Position numbers and translations under genes: made by a program. 64,000 nt of DNA from an uncultured delta proteobacterium (lineage in GTDB: Bacteria > Myxococcota_A > Polyangia > Fen-1088): positions 448,001-512,000 of the forward strand of contig CAVTRY010000007.1 of the NCBI GenBank assembly GCA_963737265.1, in the 5' to 3' direction. The notes under the pieces are model-generated. The model had not been told where the DNA came from. It did not search any database and saw nothing but the letters and a program-made list of their open reading frames with translations. This document shows, piece after piece, positions 1 to 9,736 of this stretch. Each line of letters starts with the position of its first letter. The stretch's first letter is position 1.

Positions 1-32
1 TCGCAGAGGATGGGCACGATGGGCTCCTGGTC

Positions 33-837
33 TCAGGGCTGGAACAGCGGCACGGGCGCGGCGTCGAACTTGGTGCTGGGAGGTGGGCGTGAGCAGCGCC
101 AGGTAGGGCAGCCCCGCCTCCTCGAGCTGGATGAGCCGCTCGGCATCGGCCTGGTGCACGGCCAGCGTCACCAGCACCGCACCCTGAGACGACGGGGAGT
201 TGGCCGACCCGGCCGGACAGCGCGGCGGTACTCCCCGCAGATGTGCCCTGAGCGCTGCCCGGCGCTGGTCCCACGGACAGCACCTCCGCCTTGGGCAGCA
301 CGATTTTGGTGTGTATGGGACCGACGGCCTGCGCCTGATGCGAGACGTTGCAAGTCTGTTGCACGTTCAGGGATGTGTCGCTGTAGGTGTCGAACACCGC
401 GACCTCCGCGCCGGCGGTGACGTAGCCCGCCACCGCGCCCGGCAGGCACAGCTGCACGGTCACCGCGACCATGCCTGTCGGGATCGCCACGCCGCCAGTG
501 ACCTGCGTGGCAGTCACCAGCATCGGCCGCAGCAGCAATTGCCCTGACTGCACGGCCGCGCTCGTGACGAGCCCGGCGAGGTCGGGGGTGATCGAGCGGA
601 CCGCGTCGGCGGGCACCGACGATACCGGCAGCGTCTGGCTGCTCAGCAGGCCGTCGCGCAGCGCCTGGCTCGCCGAGGTGCCCGAGGGGATCGCGCTCTC
701 GGCCACGATCACGTTGACCGCCTTCAAGCCCGCGACGGCACGGGTATTGGCCTGGTGGACGTAGGCCAGCACCGCCGACGGTACCGAGCGCGGCCAGCAG
801 CGACGGCCAGCGCGATGGTCAGCATCCGACGTTTCAA
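33..837 (-). CDS. cpaB: Flp pilus assembly protein CpaB/RcpC (frameshifted)
   Basis: Manual translation from TTG at 837 with upstream purine-rich RBS: MKRRMLTIALAV..VLAYVHQANTRAV..VIVAESAIPSGTS..GMVAVTVQL..VAGYVTAGAEVAVF..VLVTLAVHQADAERLI; SAF/RcpC-like pattern; several indels; lies in tad cluster. Confidence 0.8.
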
Positions 838-872
838 CGTTCCTCTTCTCTCCGGTGCGGTCCGGCGTGGAC

Positions 873-2011
873 TCAGCCGGTCAGGTCGATGACGGAAGCC
901 CCCAGGTTGGTGCCGCCGAACGTGCCGGTGGACGGGATGACCCCCTGAGTGAAGTAGCCGTTGAGGCAGTACGTTGCTGCCCTGGCAGTCGTTCGCGGGG
1001 TCCAGCCAGTCCGGGGCATCGAAGTACGGCCATCGACGCCGGGCAGGTGGTATCCGGTGACGACGAAGGCGGCGAAGCCCATCAGGGTGTAGGTGGCGCT
1101 GGCACCTTGGCCGGTCACCGATACGTAGACTGGGTACGAGGATCGGGGTCTGGTTATCCTGCGCAGTGGTGCCAGCACCTCAGGCAGGCCACGGCTGGGT
1201 GCGGGCCGGGTAGGAACTGCTGCCGCTGATGTGCCAGTGAGCAGTTGCCCGGAATCGAGCAGTCCAGCCGAAGGTGCCGGCGCCGTCCGCGCCGCGCTGG
1301 CTCGGTGCGCGCAGCCGTGCCGCTTGCGCCGGTGCAGCCTGAGCACCTGGTCGAACGAGGCCGCCGGCAGCGGGTCCGGCGGGTACGGCGGGGATGGCGC
1401 GAACGAGGTGCCCTGCTGGTCGCCTGGTCCCACTCGCAGGCCGAGATCGTCACCGCGACGGTGGTCGCGGCCGCGGGCGCGCCCCACTCCGCCTGGGCAC
1501 AGGCGGCCACCGTGGTGCCCTGATAGCCGGAGTTGCCCAGCAACGTGCGGGCGAAGGCTGGGGGAAGCAGCGTGGAGCCGCTGGCGGTCTGCGTGGCGGT
1601 ATGCACGTCCACGTAGTTGGTGCCGGCGGGCGGCGCTGCGGGCAGTCGGTCATGGCGCCCGTGCTGCCCGGGCAGTTCCCCAGGTCCCCGGAGCCGCAGA
1701 CCAGGTCCACTCGGGCGATGCCTCCGGTCAGCTGCGGAGGCGTTGGCGTCGGCGTAGCTGGTGGCGACGCTCGGGTCGCAGGTGCCGAGCGCGCAGCTCT
1801 TGGCCACCCCGAGCGCGGCCGCGTCGGCGCCGTTCTGCAGCTCGGCGCGTTCCTGGTAGAGCTGGCCGACGTCGATCACCAGGGCGCCCATCCCGATCAG
1901 CACACCGCCAGCCGATCAGCACCGCGACCAGCACGGCGACCGCGCCCCGCTCGCTCGCGCCGCAGCCGCCGCAGGACCGGGCGGGCCGAGCCGGGCGATC
2001 AGGTCTCGCAC
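873..2011 (-). CDS. TadG-like pilus assembly protein with N-terminal Tad domain (frameshifted)
   Basis: Pieces in ORFs 1728-1934, 1154-1903 and 873-1487: GAVAVLVAVLIG..GMGALVIDVGQLYQERAELQNGADAAAL; GTG start overlaps the tadE end. Confidence 0.75.
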
Positions 2012-2490
2012 GGCATGACCCCCGTCAGCGGTGAGCGTGATCGGGGAGCCGAAGCCGGCCACCGCCGCCGAACAATCCGGCGATCGCGCCGATCGGGGTG
2101 ACGAACGAGAACGAGTAGCTGGCCGTTGACGACCGCGTTCGGCGGTCGGCCCGGCGCCGGGCGGGCAGGCGGTCACGGTCACGTTGACCGGGCTCAGCCC
2201 GGTGGCGGCCGCCTGGGTGCGGCGCCACCACGTTCGGCTCGCCCAAGGCCGCCAGCCTGGCTCCCTCACGGGCCGCCTGGGTGAGCGTTATCTGGGCATT
2301 GAGGGCGCGGCCGAAGTCGATGATCCCGAACACGATCAACAGCAAGCAGCGGGAGAACCAGGGCGAACTCCACCGCCGCGGCGCCACGGTCCCGTGCGCC
2401 ACGGTCCCGTGCGCCACGGTCCCGTGCACCACGGTCGCGTGCACCACGGTCCCGTGCGTTGCGGCCGCTGGATCGCCGTGGGCCCATCAT
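1999..2490 (-). CDS. tadE: TadE family pseudopilin (frameshifted)
   Basis: DRGAAAVEFALVLPL + LLLIVFGIIDFGRALNAQITLTQAAREGAR, the typical TadE signature, split over frames. Confidence 0.85.
2381..2458. repeat. 15-bp tandem repeat x5 encoding (ARDRG)5 in the TadE leader
   Basis: Unit GC(G/A)CCACGGTC(C/G)CGT read at 2381, 2396, 2411, 2426, 2441. Confidence 0.95.
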
Positions 2491-2516
2491 TGGCTTGCCC
2501 TTTCCTGCGACCGAAG

Positions 2517-2547
2517 GGGCGGGACGGCTGGCTCTTCCGTCCCGCCC
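2517..2547 (-). terminator. 11-bp-stem hairpin between flp and tadE (possible terminator/attenuator)
   Basis: GGGCGGGACGG-N9-CCGTCCCGCCC perfect inverted repeat just upstream of the tadE RBS. Confidence 0.45.
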
Positions 2548-2838
2548 GCCGCCGGTCAGAGCGCGTGCAGAAGGCTGGTGCATGGTGCTGAGCTGTTGCC
2601 GGCATGCTCAGGTCACCGTGACCTCCGGTACCTGACGTCGCTGGCAAGCGGTACCTCATGGGCTGTACCCGGCCGCCGGCTCGCCGCGCCAAGGTCGTCT
2701 CCGGCACCGCGGCCGTGCGACGGCAGTTCTGCGGGGGTCTGCGCCGCTCCGCACCAGCAGGAACCCGCGAGGCATCAGGTCAGGGCCGGCCGCGCCAGCG
2801 GCCGGATCCCTGCCGGGGGCGCTCGCCCTCCATCCGGG

Positions 2839-3023
2839 TCAGAAATCGTTGTCGATAGTGGTGAGCCGGTCCTGATGGTGCCGCCGAGGGTGACCAGGAT
2901 TGCCGTGATCGCGGCCGCGATCAGCGCCACGATCAAGCCGTACTCCACGGCGGTCGCGCCACGGTCGTTCCGGGGCAATGGGTCGGCGAGGAAGTTCCTC
3001 AGGAACACGTAGTACTTGAGCAT
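2839..3023 (-). CDS. flp: Flp family type IVb pilin
   Basis: MLKYYVFLRNFLADPLPRNDRG|ATAVEYGLIVALIAAAITAILVTLG has the Flp G|xxxxEY motif; restoring one base near 2865 gives ..TGFTTIDNDF* with stop at 2839. Confidence 0.9.
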
Positions 3024-3282
3024 TGGCTGCCCTTTCGACGCACGGCGAGCGGCCATCCCGTTCGCCTCTGGCCGGACGGCACCGCGCCGCCCGGTCCGGG
3101 ACACCATGCGGCAGCCAGAGGCAGCAGCGAAATCGGCCAGGGGGTCAGACAATCCGGCTGACCGGATGACATGTCGGGCGATCGGACGACATGCCGCCGC
3201 CGGCCGACACAGGGGCACTGCTGAGCGCTGCCCGGCCAGGTTCTGCGGCCGTGCGCTCTCCTGGCGCCTACAGTGGACCGGC

Positions 3283-3994
3283 ATGAACCTGACGTGGGCT
3301 GGAATCGGCTTCCTCGCCGGCCTGCTCGCCGGGGCCGCGTTCAGGGGCACGGTCTTCCAGCTGTCAGTGGTGAGCGGTGAGCCGGAACGGACTACGTGCT
3401 CGCGATGTGCTGTTCCGGTAGGCCGCTGGCCCGCACTCAGTGCGGGCACTGCGGATGCAGCCTCGGTACCCCGCTGATGCTGGAATTCGCCACCGCCGGG
3501 GTGCTGGCGCTGGTGCTCGGCCGGTTCGCCGGCCAGCCCGATGTGGTGCCGTTCGGCTTCGTCGGCGCGGTCGGCGTGGCGCTTGCCACGATCGACCTCG
3601 CAGTCCAGCGGCTTCCTGACGCACTCACCCTGCCCGTCTATCCCATCCTCATCGCCCTGCTGGCCTTGTCCGCCTTGGCAGCCAGGACAACGCCGCGCTG
3701 GTGCGGGCGCTTCTGGGCGGCCTGGTGCTCGCCGCTGGCTACCTGCTGCTGGCGTTGCTGCGACCCGGGGCAACTCGGCGGCGGCGACATCAAGCTCGCC
3801 GGCCTTGCCGGGCTTGCGCTGGGCTGGCTGGGGTGGCCCACACTGATCACCGGGGCATCACTCGGCTTTGTGCTCTGCGCGGTGGTCAGCCTAGCCCTGC
3901 TTGCCTCCGGCGGACCACGCTGCACAGTGCGATCTGCTTCGGCCCCTTCCTCTTCGGAGGCGCCATGCTCGCGCTGCTCATCAGTAGACAATAG
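3283..3994 (+). CDS. Prepilin peptidase, A24 family (frameshifted)
   Basis: CxxC..CxxC pair, IDLAVQRLPD, GGGDIKLA catalytic Asp motifs and FGPFL across three frames; divergent from flp. Confidence 0.85.
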
Positions 3995-4467
3995 CGGGTG
4001 GCTCACGCTGGCAAGGGTCTTCTGGGTTAGTCGCGAGGTCATCCGCGCCGTGCAGCCTCGTTGCGTTAAGAGACCTCATCGCCGTCGGCTACTCCGCGCC
4101 GCAAGTCCGGTACGAGAATCTCAAATCCGCAGGTCGTTAGCACATTGCTATGCGTTTCGGAGCGGTTACAAGTCACGCCTTGATAACGATGAGGACGAGG
4201 TGGTCATGCACCGAATATAACTTGAGCACCAATGGTGCGACCGTTAGCTGCGTTGGGCTCCAGAGTGGCTCGGGAGCCAGGCTGTTAGATGTGTTATTGC
4301 GACCGGCTGCTGGATCCGGACAGGGGAGGCGATAAGGCTCAAAGTGTCTGATATTTACCGGCTTAGCTGCTTGCCATTGCCGGCACAGGCCCCGCAGTGG
4401 CTGGGTTCTGCATTTGTCGTTGATGGCGCCAGTTCGGCGCGTAAATCCTGGTCCCGGGGGGGGTGTG

Positions 4468-5174
4468 ATGCCAATTCGTCTCGCTATCATTGATCCCAAT
4501 ACGCTTACCCGCTATGGTCTGCGTGGGCTCGTCGTGCATTCCGATATTGAGATCGTGGCCGAATGCCGGTTGGCGGCTGACGCGCACGCATGCTTTCCGC
4601 CGTGCAGCCAGACGTGGTGGTGGTGGAGGCAACGCTGCCCGACGGCAATGGCCTGCAGTTGGTTCGCGAGCTCCGGGACCGCTACGCAGACCTCGGCATC
4701 GTAGTGCTCTCAAGCCAGCAAGAGGACGACATCCTGTTCCGGGCCCTTGAGACCGGGGCGTCGGCCTTCGTCCTGAAGACAGCACCGCTGGAAGAGATAC
4801 TTGCAGCGATCCGGCACGCCGCCGTCGCCGCCTCGTCCTTCGTGGCGTCGGGGCTGGCGGTGGCGCTCGCCCGCCTTCGCATCGTGCAGGACCAACTCAT
4901 GCTCAGCCCTCGGGAGAGGGAAGTGCTTGGGCTGCTGCACGACGGACTGTCCATTCCCGCGATCGCGCATGCAATGTACATCAGTCAGTCCACGGCGAAA
5001 ACCTACGTCGCACGGTTGTATCACAAGCTAGGCGCAGCGAACCGGGCGCAGGCACTGATGACCGCCATGCATTATGGCCTGATCCACTACAAGCAGGACC
5101 TGCCGTCCCCGGATGCTCCGCCGCGGTTCGGCGAGCAGCAACAGCGAACTAGTGCGCTAGCCTCGCACAGCTAG
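4468..5174 (+). CDS. NarL/LuxR-type response regulator with atypical receiver (frameshift near 4590)
   Basis: MPIRLAIIDP..PDVVVVEATLPDG..GASAFVLK..LSPREREVL..STAKTYVARLYHKLG. Confidence 0.85.
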
Positions 5175-5312
5175 GGTTTGGCCCGCTCCTTCCAGCATGT
5201 CCCGTGGCATGACGAGGCGGGCCAGCCCCGATCAGCCGCATCCAGTGATTCATGTACATCGAGCCTTGCCGGGGAAGGCTGGACTCTCCCGCCGCCCGGC
5301 CCCCCGACGGGC

Positions 5313-5750
5313 CTAGCCGAGTTCTTCGGCGTGCTCCCGGGTGTGCGCCGCCCACTCGCTGACGAGCTGGTCGAGCACGGGCGCCAGGTTGCGCAGCTCG
5401 TCCAGGTGCGCGGGCCCGAGGCGGGCCAGGCGTGCCGCACCGTCGCGGGTGAGCACCACCCGGGTCAGCCGGCCGTCCTCCGCGTCCCTGGACCTTTCGA
5501 CCACCCCGGCGGCGGCGGCGCGGTCGACGAGTTCCACCACGCTGTGGTGACGCAGCAGCAGGTACTCGGCAAGCTCCGAGATGGTCGGGTCCTGGTCTCC
5601 TGGATGGCCCTTGATCGCCACGAGAAGCTGATGCTGGGCGGGGGTGAGGCCCACCGCGCGCGCCTGTGTCTGGCTCCAGTGCAGGAAACGGCGCAGGCTG
5701 GTGCGGAACGTCAGCAGGTTCTGGAAGTCGCCAGCAGACATCTCGGGCAC
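5313..5750 (-). CDS. MarR family transcriptional regulator
   Basis: FRTSLRRF..GLTPAQHQLL..TISELAEYL..VELVDRA..DGRLTRVVLT winged-helix pattern. Confidence 0.85.
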   Translation of the reverse strand: MPEMSAGDFQNLLTFRTSLRRFLHWSQTQARAVGLTPAQHQLLVAIKGHPGDQDPTISELAEYLLLRHHSVVELVDRAAAAGVVERSRDAEDGRLTRVVLTRDGAARLARLGPAHLDELRNLAPVLDQLVSEWAAHTREHAEELG

Positions 5751-5861
5751 CCCTTCACCGTAGCGCCAGGTAGACCCGACCCTCGCCCGCCCCGCTCTAT
5801 CCTTGCGCCACATGATCCGCACCTCGCCGCTGCCAAGACCCCGCACCCGGACCCGGCAATA

Positions 5862-5880
5862 TATATCGTGCTACGATTTA
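5862..5880. promoter_or_regulatory. Palindromic operator candidate for MarR
   Basis: TATATCGT-GCT-ACGATTTA, an AT-rich dyad between divergent genes. Confidence 0.55.
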
Positions 5881-6008
5881 GTTCGGTCGCCAACCGCCTG
5901 GCTTGCCCGCCGGGCCCGCCCACCTGGGTCGCCCGGCGGGTAAGCCGCGACCAGGGACGTCGATCACAGCCAGGCCGCCGTGCTGGCCGAGTGCCTGGGG
6001 AGGGCCCG

Positions 6009-6203
6009 ATGAGCGACGAGGATGGGGCTCGCGCCGCCGCGGAGTTGCGGCGGGCCGGCCTGCCATGGCGGCTGGACCCGGACGACCGCCCGGGCGACCC
6101 GGCCTGCCTGCTGCCAAGGGTCTGCCAGGCCTGCGGCGCCGTGGCCGAGTCCGACCCGCCGGCCACCTGCCCGCAATGCGGCGGTGACATCCCCGGCGCC
6201 TGA
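6009..6203 (+). CDS. Small zinc-ribbon-like hypothetical protein (64 aa)
   Basis: GGGGAGGG RBS; GDPACLLPRVCQACG..TCPQCG contains two CxxC. Confidence 0.65.
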   Translation: MSDEDGARAAAELRRAGLPWRLDPDDRPGDPACLLPRVCQACGAVAESDPPATCPQCGGDIPGA

Positions 6204-6214
6204 GCCACCCGCGG

Positions 6215-7513
6215 TCAGCCGCGCCCGGCGAGCACCGCCTGGGTCTGGGTCACCTGCGCCACCCGCCGTCCCGCGTCGTCGGTCAGGTCCGTCTGCACCA
6301 CGATCACGCTCCGGCCCACGTGCAGCGGCCGGGTGACCGCGGTCACCTCGCCCGACCGGACCGAACGGGTGAACACCGTGGCCGAGTTTGTAGTCGCGGT
6401 CAGCGCGCCGGGCGGCAGGTTCAGGAAGGCGCAGATCCCGCCGAGACTGTCGGCGAGGGCCATCAGCACGCCACCATGCAGGATTCCCCCGGAAGTGCAG
6501 CGCTCCGCGGCCCAGGCCATCCGGCCCCTGACCTCACCCGGCGCGGCGGAGTCCAGGACGATGCCGAGGCCAGCCGCGAACGGCATCATCGCCACCAGGC
6601 CGTCAAGCTCGCCCGTCCCAGGCCCGGGCGGCGCCTGCCCGGTCCCGGGTTCCGCCCGGCCGGCCGCCGCCTGGTCAGGCACCTGTTCCCGGGTCCCATC
6701 CGCCTGGTGCTCGCGCACCTGCTCCTCCTGCCTGTCGCCCGCCTGCCCCGCCGCGTCCACGGATACCACCCCGGCGGCAGCCGCCGCCTCGGCTCGCGCT
6801 CCCGCGCCTGCCGGTGCACCTTCCGCTGCCGGGGCTCCCGGTGCCCCAGCCGCTCCGGCCCCGTCCGCCGCTCCCGGCCCGGCCCGCGCCACCTGCAGCA
6901 GCGCGACCACCTCCTCGTCCGAGGTCTGTGCGAAGTCTTCATACCATTCGCCGATCGCCAGGAACCGGTCCGGCATCTCCAGGCAGATCACCTCGTCGGC
7001 ATCGCCCCGCAGCGCCTGGTCGGCCGAGGGCGGCGCCACCGGGACCGCGAGCACCACCGCGGCCGCGCCGAGCGCCCGCGCCACCTGGCACGCGGCGCGG
7101 GCCGTCGAGCCGGTCGCGATGCCGTCGTCCACGATGACGGCGATCCGCCCGGCCAGGGGCTCATGCGGCGCATTCCCGCGGAACCGCTGCGCGCGCCGCT
7201 GCAACTCGGCCCGTTCCTTCGCCTCGACCTGGGCGATCTGCGCCTCGCTGACATGGGCGTAGCGCACCACCTCCGGGTTGATGACGCGCGCCCCCGATTC
7301 CCCGATCGCGCCCAGGCCGAGTTCGGGCTGGGCTGGCACGCCCAGCTTGCGCACCAGGATCACGTCCAGCGGCGCGCGCAGCGCGCGGGCCACCTCCGCC
7401 GCGACCGGCACCCCGCCCCGGGGCAGCCCGAGGACCACGACATCCTCGCTACGCAGGAACTGCAGGCGGCTGGCCAGCCTGCGGCCGGCGTCGGATCGGT
7501 CGCGAAACCGCAT
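6215..7513 (-). CDS. Phosphoribosyltransferase domain followed in frame by PaaI-like hotdog thioesterase
   Basis: N-terminal FRDRSDAG, GLPRGGVPV, VIVDDGIATGST (PRPP loop); C-terminal GILHGGVLMALAD; Ala/Gly linker. Confidence 0.8.
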   Translation of the reverse strand: MRFRDRSDAGRRLASRLQFLRSEDVVVLGLPRGGVPVAAEVARALRAPLDVILVRKLGVPAQPELGLGAIGESGARVINPEVVRYAHVSEAQIAQVEAKERAELQRRAQRFRGNAPHEPLAGRIAVIVDDGIATGSTARAACQVARALGAAAVVLAVPVAPPSADQALRGDADEVICLEMPDRFLAIGEWYEDFAQTSDEEVVALLQVARAGPGAADGAGAAGAPGAPAAEGAPAGAGARAEAAAAAGVVSVDAAGQAGDRQEEQVREHQADGTREQVPDQAAAGRAEPGTGQAPPGPGTGELDGLVAMMPFAAGLGIVLDSAAPGEVRGRMAWAAERCTSGGILHGGVLMALADSLGGICAFLNLPPGALTATTNSATVFTRSVRSGEVTAVTRPLHVGRSVIVVQTDLTDDAGRRVAQVTQTQAVLAGRG

Positions 7514-7746
7514 GGTGATCCCCTTCCGCCGGTCTGGAGAATGTGTACCCAGCCGGGGCCATCCATGCGATCAGCGAGCCACCCCGGACGTCCGCGCGGG
7601 ATCCCAAATGCTGTCGCCGTGCAACCACGGCACGAGCCCGCCCTGGCTGTCGCGCCCTGACCGGGCCATTAACGGGACGATAGAGCTGTTACCGGACCCA
7701 CGCTCCGGGCACGCAGACGCCGCCAGCGTGATCACGGCGGCGGCGG

Positions 7747-8655
7747 TCAGGTGAGCAGGGTGCGCAGGAACGCGCGGGTGCGGGCGCCGTCGGCGCCGGC
7801 GGTGTACTCACCGGCCACGAAGTCGGTCACGCCCGCCTCGGCGAGCGCGCCGATCTGGGCGGCCACGGTGTCCTCGTCCCCGACGATGGCCACGTCCGCC
7901 GGGCCCGAGGCACCCTCGCGGTCGAGCATGGCCCGGTACGACGGCAACTGGCCGTAGATGGCGAAGACCTGGGCGGCCCGCTCCCTGGCGGCGTCCGGGT
8001 CGTCGGTGACGCAGACGGGCAGGATGCACACCACGCGCGGGCTGGGGCGGCCGGCGGTTGCCGCGGCCTCGGTGATCACCGGCACGATGTGGTCGCGCAC
8101 GGTGGCGGGCCCGGTCATCCACAGCACGGTGCCGTCGGCCTGCGAGCCCGCCAGCCGCAGCATCTGGGCGCCGAGCGCGGCGATCACGACCGGGACCCGG
8201 CCGGGAGACGGGGTGGTCAGCCCGATGTTCGCCCGCACGGTGGTCCCGGTGAACGCGACCGGCTGCCCGTCAAGCAGCGGCAGCAGGACCGCGAGGTACT
8301 CCTTCATGTGCAGGATCGGCTTGCTGAAGTCGTAGCCGTACATGTCCTCGATCACGATCTTGTGGGACAGCCCGATGCCGAGCACCAGGCGGCCGTCCAC
8401 CGCCGCCGCGACGGTCCGCGCCTGCTGGGCCAGCACGGCCGGATGCCGCGGGTAGGTGGGCACCACGGCGGTGCCGACCTCGATGCCGGGTACACCGCTG
8501 CCCGCGACCGCCAGCGCGGTCAGCGCGTCCACCCCGAAGATGTTGCTCATCCAGGCGGAGGCGAAGCCCTGGTCGGCGGCGCGCTGCAACTCCTCGCGCA
8601 GCGCCGTCATCGGGCTCGGGCCGGACGGATCCTGCAGCGATACGCCAATCCTCAT
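7747..8655 (-). CDS. LLM class F420-dependent oxidoreductase (TIGR03564-like)
   Basis: GGGAGG RBS + ATG at 8655; GTAVVPTYPRHP, LGIGLSH, LPSYRAMLDREG. Confidence 0.85.
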   Translation of the reverse strand: MRIGVSLQDPSGPSPMTALREELQRAADQGFASAWMSNIFGVDALTALAVAGSGVPGIEVGTAVVPTYPRHPAVLAQQARTVAAAVDGRLVLGIGLSHKIVIEDMYGYDFSKPILHMKEYLAVLLPLLDGQPVAFTGTTVRANIGLTTPSPGRVPVVIAALGAQMLRLAGSQADGTVLWMTGPATVRDHIVPVITEAAATAGRPSPRVVCILPVCVTDDPDAARERAAQVFAIYGQLPSYRAMLDREGASGPADVAIVGDEDTVAAQIGALAEAGVTDFVAGEYTAGADGARTRAFLRTLLT

Positions 8656-9675
8656 GGTGTGCCTCCCGTGCCTGGGCCGCCTCGGCCATCCCGGTCTGCT
8701 TGCCCCATTCTGCTGGGCCGGGCGCCCGATTCGCCACGGCAGGACCGCCGCGCCCTCCACGGCTGCTGCCGCGCCTGCCTCGCGGGCATGCGCCACCGCC
8801 ACTTCGGCGGCCAGTGCCGCGTTGTCGGCGATCAGCAGCCGGTTGACTGCCACGCTGCGGCCCCCGCTCAGTTCATGGACGAGGGACAATACGGCGGGCG
8901 TCACAGACTGCCCGGCCACACCCTGACGGTGTACCTGGCTGACCGCCTCGGCGATGATCTCCTCCAGGTCCACGGCTGGGTCCGGCGGACGGGCGAGGAG
9001 CAACCCCGAGGAGCCGTTCAGCAGCCAATGAAGAGCCGCGATCCGGGCAGCTTCCCCGGCACTGGCGGCGACCGCGGACACCGGCGGGCCGCCGCCCGCG
9101 CTGTAGAACAGCGGCAGCGTGGGCGTCCGCCAGCCGAGCACGGGAACCCCCAGGGTCTCCAGCAGTTCCGCGGTGGCCGGAACGTCGAGGATCGACTTGG
9201 CGCCCGAGGACACCACCATCGCCGCGGTGCGCGCGAGTTGCGGCAGATCGCTGGAGATGTCCAGGCTCTGGGCGAAACCGCGGTGCACGCCCCCGGTGCC
9301 GCCGGTGCCCATGAACCGGATGCCGGTGGCCCGGCACACCGCCAGGGTCCCGCCGACCGTGGTCGCGCCGAGCGCGCCCTGCACCACGCACGCCGCCAGG
9401 TCACGGGCGCCCACCTTGCGGGCGGACTCCCCCGCTGACGCGAACCGCTCCAGTTCCGCCCCGGTCAGGCCGACGCGGACGGCACCGTCCACCACGCCGA
9501 CGGTGGCGGGGACCGCACCGGCCGCGCGCACCCGTGCCTCCGAAGCCAGGGCGACCTCCAGGCCCTGGCGGCCGGGAAAGCCGTGGGAGACCAGCGTGGT
9601 CTCCAGCGCCACCACGGGCCCGCCGTTCCCGAGCGCGGCGGCGACCTCCTCGGCCAGCACCGGCGTGAACGTCAT
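8652..9675 (-). CDS. psuG: Pseudouridine-5'-phosphate glycosidase (3' end uncertain)
   Basis: VVALETTLVSHG, GATTVGGT, GGVHRG, DISSDL, GAKSILD; reads in frame into the next gene, probably because of an indel. Confidence 0.85.
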
Positions 9676-9736
9676 CGCGTGCCTCCCTGCCCCGTACGCC
9701 CCTGCGCGGTGGCTGGGCTGGCCGCAGCCGCGGCGG

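Noticed and set aside
4340-4460. c-di-AMP (ydaO) or c-di-GMP riboswitch near the Tad locus
   Set aside because: Only GAACCC..CAGCTAA..CGGTA on the minus strand resembles ydaO; spacing and 5' elements do not fit and no gene follows in that orientation; an Rfam scan would settle it
7747-9675. True PsuG-LLM fusion protein (771-aa ORF)
   Set aside because: The LLM gene has its own GGGAGG RBS and an ATGA overlap that would end psuG after one indel; the window is indel-rich
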